From positions 74,261 to 117,774 of the IMG/VR virus record IMGVR_UViG_3300005660_000003: 43,514 nucleotides of DNA; one strand, 5' to 3'. A program made the translations under genes and the position numbers. The DNA comes from a virus. Lineage: Duplodnaviria > Heunggongvirae > Uroviricota > Caudoviricetes. Below, piece by piece: positions 17,031-25,341 of the stretch. How positions within the stretch are numbered: position 1 is the first letter of the stretch; every line of letters starts with the position of its first letter. Under the pieces are notes generated by a model. The model saw nothing but the letters and a program-made list of their open reading frames with translations. It was not told the DNA's origin and did not search any database.

Positions 17031-17297
17031 CTAGCGGTTGTGCTGCTCATCATGCCGAATGACGTAGAGCTCATTCAGGCAGGTGTGATAGAAGAGGTCA
17101 GTCTGCACATTCCGCTCATGGGTGAGTGACCACGTGGTCAACTTGCCAACAATTTCAGAGAACTCCCACCCTGCGGCCATCATGTGTTGGATCTCTTCGT
17201 CAATGAATTCCAGCATCCATTTTGGTTCATCGACACTATTGTTAAATCTTTCGAACATCGCATCAATGCGTTGCTCAACTGTTGTAGAGGGGTTCAA
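17031..17297 (-). CDS. hypothetical protein (88 aa), cassette gene
   Basis: ORF track; GGAGA RBS; flanked by repeats. Confidence 0.7.
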   Translation of the reverse strand: MNPSTTVEQRIDAMFERFNNSVDEPKWMLEFIDEEIQHMMAAGWEFSEIVGKLTTWSLTHERNVQTDLFYHTCLNELYVIRHDEQHNR

Positions 17298-17570
17298 GCT
17301 AATTCTCCGAATTAGATAATAGAAAAGAAAGCGGAGACCACCACATTGGTGACCTCCGGAAGTCGCAACACAGTGCTAAGAGAGTAGAATTTTCACCATC
17401 TCGACGACATACGCCAAGATAAGTATATACATCGCACACACGATGTACGGGAAACACTTGGGACCTGTAATAAACTCCAAGCTAATTCTCCCTGACCTAT
17501 GGTCAGCATAAACACGGGAAAGGCGGAGGCGGCCACAATGGCCACCTCCGGAAGTCGCACCACACAGTGG

Positions 17571-17819
17571 CTAGAATGACAAACAATGCTCGAAGTTTTC
17601 CACTGGAGGGAAGGCTTTGCGAGCAGTACACTCCAACCAAATGACTTCACGCAGGGCTGCGGTAAGTGCCCTGTAGTGGGCAGTTGATCCGCCGGTCTTA
17701 ATTTCCGCCATAATCTCGTAATGCAGGTAAGCATGAACCCTGCCCAAAATCACCGCACCCTCAAGGGTGAATGATTCCTCAGGTTGACAAGGTTCATCCA
17801 AAAACAGGTCTTCGCACAT
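17571..17819 (-). CDS. hypothetical protein (82 aa), cassette gene
   Basis: ORF track; AAGGAA RBS; repeat downstream. Confidence 0.65.
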   Translation of the reverse strand: MCEDLFLDEPCQPEESFTLEGAVILGRVHAYLHYEIMAEIKTGGSTAHYRALTAALREVIWLECTARKAFPPVENFEHCLSF

Positions 17820-18315
17820 ACAATTCCTTTCTTAAAGGGTTCTTTTCTTAGCAGGAGGTTTTCCTCCTGACACACTGTAAACCCGCGAAGCGGCAAATCG
17901 TCTCACGAATTCAGTATAAACAGAGAAGAAAGTCGGAAGTAATTCTGCGCCTGTGTACGTTAGTACACCTTGTTCACGCTCGCGGACATACGTATCCACG
18001 AGGCAGGGATTTTTCATCCCTACAATAGGCCGGAGCTGCCAAATTGGCAGACCCGAGCCACGCTGCACTAGTTGTGCCTTATCTGCCGCACGCAAAAACA
18101 CGGTCACAGCATTTGTAACCTGATTCCACAAGTATCGCTCTGTCTGAGTCTTTGGGCCAAAGGACAGGATGGATTTGCATCCAGAAAGAAACGCAGGGCA
18201 TTTTCAAGAATGTACTCATTCACGGGAAACCTCCTGACCTGTGGTCAGCATAAGAACGGGAAAAGCGGAGGCCACCACAATGGTGACCTCCGGAAGTCGC
18301 AACACGGAGAAACAC

Positions 18316-18483
18316 TTAGTGTGGCAAATTCGCTGGAATGGTATACGCAAATCCTTTGATTGTTCTAGGGTTATTACACACTTCCAATGGCATAGTTGGT
18401 CCTGTCCATTCCCAACGGACCAGATACTCGCCATAATTCCAACCACCGAACCTATTGATACTGAACGCAACGCAATAGACCAT
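18316..18483 (-). CDS. hypothetical protein (55 aa), cassette gene
   Basis: AGGAG RBS then ATG at 18483: MVYCVAFSINRFGGWNYGEYLVRWEW...; flanked by repeats. Confidence 0.6.
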   Translation of the reverse strand: MVYCVAFSINRFGGWNYGEYLVRWEWTGPTMPLEVCNNPRTIKGFAYTIPANLPH

Positions 18484-18557
18484 AACAACACTCCTAAACT
18501 TGAGACAGGGAAGGAGGGGTGGCAACACGCCACCCCTCGGGAACTCTACGTAGTACT

Positions 18558-18914
18558 TTACCCTACCAACCAACAGCCATCTTCCATTGCTACGATGTAG
18601 CGGTTGGAGTTCCGGTTGTAGGCTACGTCACCAAAATTCAGCACTACGTACTGGCCATTCTTCCACCAAACTGTGGTCTTGCCAGTAATCTCACAGAACG
18701 TGATATCCATGCCAGCAAAAGCGGTAATACCGGGATGAGTATTCTCAACGAACATGCGGGCAGAGTCAGAACAGAATAGCTCAGTGTAGACCTCCATCAG
18801 GAGACGCAGCCATCGTGTAAATCTCTGACTACGTCCATCAAACCAGATAGCATACATGTCCTCAATGCAGAAGTCTTCTGCTACGTTGGTTAGTAAAGCT
18901 TTCCATTGTCCCAT
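18558..18914 (-). CDS. hypothetical protein (118 aa), cassette gene
   Basis: GGAG RBS lies inside the duplicated leader; C-terminus resembles 18994-19317 (GKTT...V-x-Y...VA-x-ED). Confidence 0.7.
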   Translation of the reverse strand: MGQWKALLTNVAEDFCIEDMYAIWFDGRSQRFTRWLRLLMEVYTELFCSDSARMFVENTHPGITAFAGMDITFCEITGKTTVWWKNGQYVVLNFGDVAYNRNSNRYIVAMEDGCWLVG

Positions 18915-18993
18915 GATATAACTCCCATAAGGGGTAAAGACTGCCGATAGGGAGGGGTGACCACAGCGGCCACCCCTCGTAATTCTCATTTAC

Positions 18994-19317
18994 TCAGAAG
19001 CCTATTGTCAAGTAATCTTCCACAGCAACGCTGAACCATTTGCGTCGTGCATCGTACTCAACTTCAATACTCAACTCACCACTCATCGCTCCCGTATGGT
19101 AGTCCATTGCTGGACCACAGTAGTGTTCAGTAGTCTTTCCTTGGGAATGTGAACTGATGTGTAGTGTTCCATCATTATGAAGGAATATGTATACAGACAC
19201 CATAGGGTGGACGTCGAACGCAAGGCTGAGTGGATACACATACAGCATAGCGTTCAGTAGTTCAGTGTGATTGGCATACAGTAATAGGCGACTGACATAG
19301 ACTACTTGGCGACTCAT
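18994..19317 (-). CDS. hypothetical protein (107 aa), cassette gene
   Basis: Same leader as 18558-18914; GGAG RBS. Confidence 0.7.
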   Translation of the reverse strand: MSRQVVYVSRLLLYANHTELLNAMLYVYPLSLAFDVHPMVSVYIFLHNDGTLHISSHSQGKTTEHYCGPAMDYHTGAMSGELSIEVEYDARRKWFSVAVEDYLTIGF

Positions 19318-19390
19318 GGTATAACTCCAATAAGGGGTAAAGACTGCCGATAGGGAGGGGTGACCACACTGGCCACCCCCTCGGAACACA

Positions 19391-19855
19391 CTACGCAGTA
19401 GCTTCAGCGATATCCGTAATAACCTCGACCTCACGGTAGTAGGTTGCACGGCTGATGCCGAGGCGTTCTGTCAACTCGTCACGTCGAAGTCCGACGATCA
19501 AACCGCTGACAAGATTGGTCTGACGAGCATTAAGCTGTCCCATAACCTGTTCCATGTGCTCCTGCTCTTCCTGTAGGTCGTACTCCGCGATAGTCTGCTC
19601 GACTACGTCCAGTTCGATAGCTGCTGAAGCCTGAGATTCAAACTTGGCGTTATCACGGTGCATGTTCTTCAGCATGTTACCAACGGCAATGATGCCGATG
19701 GCAGTGTATTCGCTGACTGACAGGTCGGCCATCTGTGGCAGTAGTCGTAATACTACTGTGCTAACAATGTCCTCAGATACCGCATAGTTGCGGCACTTGC
19801 TGAATGCTACTGTGAGTAGCTTGACGTGGACACTAGGAAACTCGTGGTCTAACAT
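19391..19855 (-). CDS. ECF-type RNA polymerase sigma factor
   Basis: SEDIVSTVVLRLL...AVGNMLKNMHRD (region 2) and LNARQTNLV...DELTERLGISRATYYREV (region 4 HTH); GGAG RBS before the ATG at 19855. Confidence 0.75.
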   Translation of the reverse strand: MLDHEFPSVHVKLLTVAFSKCRNYAVSEDIVSTVVLRLLPQMADLSVSEYTAIGIIAVGNMLKNMHRDNAKFESQASAAIELDVVEQTIAEYDLQEEQEHMEQVMGQLNARQTNLVSGLIVGLRRDELTERLGISRATYYREVEVITDIAEATA

Positions 19856-19914
19856 GGTACTAAACTCCAAACTAAGGGGTTGTAGGCTGCCACACTGGCA
19901 GCCCACTGTAAGTA

Positions 19915-20259
19915 CTACTCTGCCACAATGGCATGTAGGTACTCGTACTGGAACATGCCACCAGTAGTGGCTTCAAAGTCATTGCCAGACACTAACTCTA
20001 CAGCAATGCACCGCATACCGTTGGCGTTGGTACGGTAACCAGTGAACATGAGGCCGTTGGGGCAACGGTTTGCCTTACCGACCTTGAGCCACCACCTACG
20101 GTTGATGCGTCGATTGTCTGGTGGTGCATTGCCATACTTACCATTACGGAAGTAGAACACTCGTATGGTGCCCTGCCACCAGTAACGGAAGCCCACTACG
20201 GCAGAGTGTCTACCGTCCTTCGTAGCGGGTAACTCTCTCAGCGTGACTACTGTGGCCAT
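19915..20259 (-). CDS. hypothetical protein (114 aa), first gene of the cassette block
   Basis: AGGAG RBS before the ATG at 20259. Confidence 0.65.
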   Translation of the reverse strand: MATVVTLRELPATKDGRHSAVVGFRYWWQGTIRVFYFRNGKYGNAPPDNRRINRRWWLKVGKANRCPNGLMFTGYRTNANGMRCIAVELVSGNDFEATTGGMFQYEYLHAIVAE

Positions 20260-20336
20260 TGCACAGCTCCTAGCACTAGGGTACACTACCGGGTCAACAC
20301 TGCCCGGTTCAGGTTCGCCGCGTTTGGCGAGATTGC

Positions 20337-20370
20337 ATTATACACATTCTTCGGCAGACTCGCCAGAAAT
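20337..20370 (-). promoter_or_regulatory. probable sigma70-type promoter driving the minus-strand cassette block
   Basis: Perfect TATAAT on the minus strand (20342-20337) about 80 nt upstream of the first gene; the -35 element is weak. Confidence 0.45.
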
Positions 20371-21147
20371 CTTTAAGAATTCTTTTTACCGCATGAAATG
20401 CGGGGTTTTTCGATTGGCGTAGGGGTGCCGTGCGGAACACCTTAGGGGCGGGGGGCGTGCATCCGAGAAACTAGTAGATAAAAGATACAATACGCAACGG
20501 ACTTTTGTATTTGTAGTGTTATCCTAATATACTTGTATAGGTATTCTTATTAACACTTATAATAATACATAATCCTGTAACTTTCGTAGAACCTGCCATT
20601 TTGGCAGCTTGTATTCCTCTATGGGGAACGCGGACAAGTGCATCTTTGATGTAAGCTGCCATTTTGGCAGGAGCTGCTAGCGCAGTAGTAGGCGTTAGCC
20701 TACATGGATCGTGCGCGCGTGTGTATAAGAGGTGCAAAGTTCTAAAATAGAGTTTGAATTTGGCGAAGGCCTCTAATTTACGTTTTAAGAGCCTCGGAGG
20801 TCTGGACGATCAAGTACTCGTCTTTTTAGTTTAAAGAGATCCTAGGGCCATCCTGTGAGATTCTAGCCGCATATATGCGTTGAGTTACCAACACAACTTG
20901 TGAGTGGGCCAACATTTGTCCGAAAAGCCACCAACTTTTGTGTTCATCTTTTTCATTTTGCAAAAACACTGGGGTTTATCTTTCTTTTCTTTCTCTTTTA
21001 TTTCTTTTCTTTTACCCCCTTTAGGGGGTTTTCTTTTCTTTGTATTTCTCTTTCTTTTCTTTCTTGTGATTTTCAATTACTACGTAATTAAAAATCGTCG
21101 CAGTAAAATTTGATTTCTCTACACGTCTGCCAAAATGGCAGGAAACG

Positions 21148-21176
21148 AAAAAGGCCCCTAAAGTTAGGAGCCTTTG
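21148..21176 (-). terminator. intrinsic terminator of the 22811-21261 operon
   Basis: Minus strand AAAGGCTCCTAA-CTT-TAGGGGCCTTTTTT. Confidence 0.65.
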
Positions 21177-21260
21177 AATCGCAGTACGGCCTGCGGCCTC
21201 TGATATGAAAAAAGCAAATGGGCAGAATATGTAGAGTGGATTCTCAATATTGAGAAAGCC

Positions 21261-21467
21261 CTAGAATGGTTTTAGATTAACAGTTTCTGACCATCCACCA
21301 TTACTAAAGACAACTGAAACAGTATCGGGATCTACGTAAATGGTTTGTCCACTTTTCCACTCATCTTTTTTATAAGTTTCACAACGTGAGAACCCCTGTT
21401 TACCAATATTAATTAAAACCTTTAATTTTCCTTTAGGTGAGGACTTAGGAATATTTATTGCTATCAA
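21261..21467 (-). CDS. hypothetical protein (68 aa)
   Basis: ORF track; 4-bp overlap with the upstream gene. Confidence 0.6.
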   Translation of the reverse strand: MIAINIPKSSPKGKLKVLINIGKQGFSRCETYKKDEWKSGQTIYVDPDTVSVVFSNGGWSETVNLKPF

Positions 21468-22387
21468 GAGTTGCTCCTTTTTGTTTCATTTAAAATAATA
21501 TCTTTCTTCTCAACATTTCCAATATACTCGGGGCTTTCACCATAAGATATTGCGACATCACTTGTTGACCATAATGGCTGGAGGTTTGTATAGTGAAAAC
21601 ACTTCTTTTGTTGAATGGGATCAGAAAGATCGAAAGAGTTACACGGAATTATGTGATCTATATGCCAACCATACAAACTGTGATTTTCCCAACTCATACC
21701 ATTAGTAAATTTATTTTCTATATAAGATTTGAAAAATTCTATAGAGCATCCTAAAAGTTCCATACTTTTATAAGCTTTTTTAGAACCCTGTTTTTTAATA
21801 GCGCATAATATTCTTCTACGTAGAATTTGTGAAATTCTTGTATTTAGTGGTAGAACATATGTTTTTCTGTATCTCCTTCTTCTCTGATTTATTTTATCTT
21901 TATTCTTTTTTAAATACACTCTGACTTTATCTTTATTCTTAATATACCTAATTTTACTCGATTCAGCAATTTTATTTCTATTGTTTTCATAGTATTCTTT
22001 CCTTAATTTTTTAATACTCTCTTTATTAATTATATTATATTCTTTTAAATATTCCTTCATCTTCTCTTTTGTTTTTGATCTATATATTTTGTCAGTAATT
22101 CTTTTCTGTTCTTTATTTCTTTCCCTGTATTCTTTTCGAGCTATTATATATTTATCTTTACCTTTATTATTTTCATAAAATTCTTTTTGTTTTAATTTTA
22201 TTACATCCTTATTCTTTTCGCGATATCTTTTGTCATCCGCAGATTTCTTTTCTTTATCTACATTGTTTCTTTTGTAAATATTCCTGCAGACTCTACAGGT
22301 TCCAGACCTCCCATCTTTATTATTTTTACTTTTAGTAAAGTCTTCAATTTCTTTTATTTCTTTACATTTTTTGCAAGTTTTATTCAC
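21464..22387 (-). CDS. HNH-family endonuclease with N-terminal CxxC...CxxC and Lys-rich linker
   Basis: GMSWENHSLYGWHIDHIIPCNSFDL...CFHYTNLQPLW. Confidence 0.8.
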   Translation of the reverse strand: MNKTCKKCKEIKEIEDFTKSKNNKDGRSGTCRVCRNIYKRNNVDKEKKSADDKRYREKNKDVIKLKQKEFYENNKGKDKYIIARKEYRERNKEQKRITDKIYRSKTKEKMKEYLKEYNIINKESIKKLRKEYYENNRNKIAESSKIRYIKNKDKVRVYLKKNKDKINQRRRRYRKTYVLPLNTRISQILRRRILCAIKKQGSKKAYKSMELLGCSIEFFKSYIENKFTNGMSWENHSLYGWHIDHIIPCNSFDLSDPIQQKKCFHYTNLQPLWSTSDVAISYGESPEYIGNVEKKDIILNETKRSNS

Positions 22388-22811
22388 TTAATAATCCCTT
22401 CTTTTTAATTTCATCCGTTATTTCCTTATATTCCTCTGGAACATTCATATTCTGCCAGTGGGCGTTATACCACTCATTTTTACTGATTATCTTTTCACAC
22501 TGTGACTTTGAAATTTGGTATCGTTTTTGTATTTCCGAATGTTCAACCCCCATATCACTTTTACGACGTACCTCTTGGGCCAAAAGGAACATCTTTACTC
22601 TATATGCTGTTTTTTCTTTCCTTGCTTTTATCCTTAGATTTGTGTCACCAGACTTAGCTTCTCCGCATACTGGTTTTGTAAGAGCCAGCTCCGGTATCTC
22701 ATGTCTTTTCAGTCTCTTAACCACACTGTCACGCGTAACTGACGGGTGTACCCTAAAATCATCTAGGAACTCTAAAAGTTCCTTAGTGTCACCCCATGCC
22801 GTAATCATCAT
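22380..22811 (-). CDS. putative DNA-binding protein
   Basis: ITAWGDTK...VVKRLKR...ALTKP and a C-terminal HTH-like SEIQKRYQISKSQCEKII. Confidence 0.5.
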   Translation of the reverse strand: MMITAWGDTKELLEFLDDFRVHPSVTRDSVVKRLKRHEIPELALTKPVCGEAKSGDTNLRIKARKEKTAYRVKMFLLAQEVRRKSDMGVEHSEIQKRYQISKSQCEKIISKNEWYNAHWQNMNVPEEYKEITDEIKKKGLLSE

Positions 22812-23046
22812 AACATTTCACCTTTCTCTAAAATTCGCCACCTTTTATAGGAAATATGCCCAAAAAGGAGTAGTATATAATAGGGGAATACATTTGTCCC
22901 CATAAGTTAATACTCTATAAATGATAAAAAAATTTAAAAAGGGGCATTTGCCTTGACAAAAATCCGCAAAGTAGACCTAAAAGTGGTCGCTTCTAAACAA
23001 ATTCAAACTAAAGCTCTTAAGGAGCTAGATACAGAGGATCCAGAAA

Positions 23047-23535
23047 ATGCAAGAGAAATTATTGAGTTATGTGGAAAGAATATCCGCGATACTCGCGAAG
23101 CGCTTGAAGTTCGGGGTATATGATGAAGATGATATTCATCAGGAGATCTTCTTATTGGTCCTAAGGGGCGAATCCTCTTATGATCCTTCTAAGGGTGATG
23201 AGTTTCTATTCTATTTAAACTTTGTTAAAAATCGTCTCATCACACTTAAGAGAGACACTTTTGTTAATATGACTATAAAAAACCCTAACCTTAAAATGGC
23301 TTTAAATAATGCTTCAAGTATTGTTGAGTCTGATAAACTTTACAATAATGAAGATGTAGAAACTATAGATGGGCTGGATTTATTAACTGCTGTTGTTGAT
23401 AATAAAATTCCTGCCAACATGCGTATAAATTACCTTAAGTTACTTGACGGTACCCATATAGATTGGCACGACAGACTTAAGCTTTCTAAACTTATAAAAA
23501 ATATAATAGAGGTTTATGATGAAAAAGAAGAGTAA
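23047..23535 (+). CDS. sigma-factor-like protein (region 2)
   Basis: LAKRLKFGVYDEDDIHQEIFLLVL...YDPSKG...FYLNFVKNRLITLKRD; first gene of the packaging operon. Confidence 0.65.
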   Translation: MQEKLLSYVERISAILAKRLKFGVYDEDDIHQEIFLLVLRGESSYDPSKGDEFLFYLNFVKNRLITLKRDTFVNMTIKNPNLKMALNNASSIVESDKLYNNEDVETIDGLDLLTAVVDNKIPANMRINYLKLLDGTHIDWHDRLKLSKLIKNIIEVYDEKEE

Positions 23536-24424
23536 AGCAGTAGGTCCCCCACTGAAGAAGGGGTGTCTATCAGATCAGGAAAAGAGAGACATTGAGACGA
23601 TGGTTGATACTTATAACTATGCGGAAATTGCTAGAAAATTAAATAGGGGCCCAGCAACCGTTAGAAAGTACTGTCAACGGAAAGGATTGAGTAATGATCT
23701 AGTCTCTAAAAGAAAGTATACAGAGAATCGGGCAAAAAACAACCACCACCTTTTAGAAATGAAAAATCAACTCTCAATAGGAGAGTATGACTTTGCCGTA
23801 CAAGTGTATAAAGGTATGATGGAGCAATTTGGCAATGATATTATTTACTCTGAAGAAGTTCAGATTATAGAATATTGTATGGTTACCTGTCTTTTGAATC
23901 GGGTTTTTAAAAGGGAAATGGAAATTGCCACAGAGGTGGATATCCAAAAGAGATATAGGGCAGAATTTGAAAAAAAGAAAGACGAGCTTAGTAAAAAAGA
24001 ACCCGACCCAGATGCAGACGAGGAAGATGAGGCAGATAAATATGACATGGAAGATTACTATACTGATAAAATAGACGTAGTAAACATAGCCATAGCAGAT
24101 CTACAGACTGAGCACAACCAAATAAAGAAAGAGCAGATCAGCTTCCTAGATAAGAAAGAAAGTATTACAAAAGCTCTTAATGTTTCTAGAAACCAAAGGG
24201 CAGACCAGATTAGTAAGGTTAATCAAAACTTTGGTGATTTACTTTTAGAACTTCGAAAGCGTGAAGAGTTTCGTAAGCAGGTTGGCTTAGAGATTGAGCG
24301 TATGCGTATAGGAATAAAAGAAGAGTATATTAGACTAACAGATATCCATCTATTTCAAGATAATATAGAGGATTATCCAATCCTAAATACAGAAGTATCA
24401 GGGAGAAAGGAAAATAAACCTTGA
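23516..24424 (+). CDS. probable terminase small subunit / HTH coiled-coil protein
   Basis: N-terminal HTH (YAEIARKLNRGPATVRKY), long coiled coil, position upstream of TerL. The TerS assignment is inferred. Confidence 0.45.
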   Translation: MMKKKSKAVGPPLKKGCLSDQEKRDIETMVDTYNYAEIARKLNRGPATVRKYCQRKGLSNDLVSKRKYTENRAKNNHHLLEMKNQLSIGEYDFAVQVYKGMMEQFGNDIIYSEEVQIIEYCMVTCLLNRVFKREMEIATEVDIQKRYRAEFEKKKDELSKKEPDPDADEEDEADKYDMEDYYTDKIDVVNIAIADLQTEHNQIKKEQISFLDKKESITKALNVSRNQRADQISKVNQNFGDLLLELRKREEFRKQVGLEIERMRIGIKEEYIRLTDIHLFQDNIEDYPILNTEVSGRKENKP

Positions 24425-25341
24425 CAACATATTTATTTACTGGAGCAACGGGGCAATTAGGACAAGCATTTATTAGGGCGATTCTCAAAGATGAGAAAAA
24501 CCACATCATAGGATTACACTCTACAGATACTGAAGTATCAGTAAGGCTATCTAGGACTTATGCTAACCTAAGTCTTGTTAAGGTCGAAGAGATGCAGGAG
24601 AGCTCTTTTAGAGCTCTACTGGATCTCTATAGACCTGACATAGTAGGACATTTATCTGCCCAAACAAGTGTTTGGGAATCAAAAGAAGAAGGATTAAAAA
24701 CATTTAATAAGAATGTAAAAGAAACATATGAAATATTAAGATCTCTTATAAGGTATAAGCCTGTCACTTTTTTCAATATGAGCTCTAGTGAAATCTTTGG
24801 ATCCTGCGGCGAAATTAATGAATCTTCTAAAATCGCCCCCAGTAATCCTTATGGTGTTTCAAAGGCATGTGCTCATCTTTATGTTGATTCATTTAGACAT
24901 GAATATGGAGTAAGTGCCTCCAATATAATTAGTGGTAATTTTATTAGTGAATTTCAATCTAGTAAATTTGTTATTGGAAAAACCTTAGAATACATTAAAA
25001 ACGGGCCAGATAAGAATAATAAATTGAAATTAGGTAACTTAGACTCAGTTAGAGACTGGATGTACGTAGACGATTTAGTTCATGGAATATTAAGAGCCTT
25101 AGAATTTCCAGCAAATAATTGGTGTGTTGCTGCTAATAATGTAAAATCCGTTGGCCAAGTCGTTAAATTAATATTTGATTATTCTGGTTTTAATTATAGA
25201 GACTATGTAGAAATAGAAGAATCATTGTTCAGAAAGAATGACACTGTATATGGGCATATAGACTCTTCTAGACTTAGATCACTTGGCTGGGAACCAAAGT
25301 ATGCAACCCTAGATATTATAAGGAAGCTTTTAAATGGCTAA
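24421..25341 (+). CDS. GDP-mannose 4,6-dehydratase-like NAD-dependent epimerase/dehydratase
   Basis: TGATGQLG, SSSEIFG, YGVSK (YxxxK) and LGNLDSVRDW; closest in motif to Gmd. Confidence 0.8.
   Translation: MTTYLFTGATGQLGQAFIRAILKDEKNHIIGLHSTDTEVSVRLSRTYANLSLVKVEEMQESSFRALLDLYRPDIVGHLSAQTSVWESKEEGLKTFNKNVKETYEILRSLIRYKPVTFFNMSSSEIFGSCGEINESSKIAPSNPYGVSKACAHLYVDSFRHEYGVSASNIISGNFISEFQSSKFVIGKTLEYIKNGPDKNNKLKLGNLDSVRDWMYVDDLVHGILRALEFPANNWCVAANNVKSVGQVVKLIFDYSGFNYRDYVEIEESLFRKNDTVYGHIDSSRLRSLGWEPKYATLDIIRKLLNG

Larger units (their letters stand above)
16984..19383 (-). repeat. family of about 28-bp GC-rich palindromic intergenic repeats (7 close copies) separating short genes
   Basis: Copies at about 16984-17010, 17331-17358, 17523-17550, 18265-18292, 18513-18539, 18951-18979 and 19354-19383. 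Plus-strand pattern GGAGGGGTGACCAC-N3-GGCCACCCCTCG or GCGGAG-x-CCACCACA-x-TGGTGACCTCCG, often followed by GAAGTCGCA. Looser copies near 14643, 15292, 19885 and 20289. Confidence 0.9.

Noticed and set aside
17393-18779. Long alternative ORFs through the repeats (17393-17734, 17832-18131, 18216-18533, 18241-18600, 18519-18779)
   Set aside because: They read through GC-rich palindromes or promoter modules and lack RBSs; shorter RBS-led ORFs between the repeats fit better.
16984-19383. CRISPR array
   Set aside because: The repeats are imperfect, and the intervals are 170-750 bp and contain genes with RBSs rather than uniform 30-40-bp spacers; no cas genes are present.
16984-19383. Classical integron attC array
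   Set aside because: No RYYYAAC/GTTRRRY core sites were seen at the repeat ends and there is no tyrosine integrase in the window; kept only as a PeSL-like analogy.
20885-21113. Lys-rich and Phe-rich ORFs (20885-21076, 20900-21091, 20904-21113)
   Set aside because: They are translations of a low-complexity pyrimidine tract in several frames with no convincing RBS.
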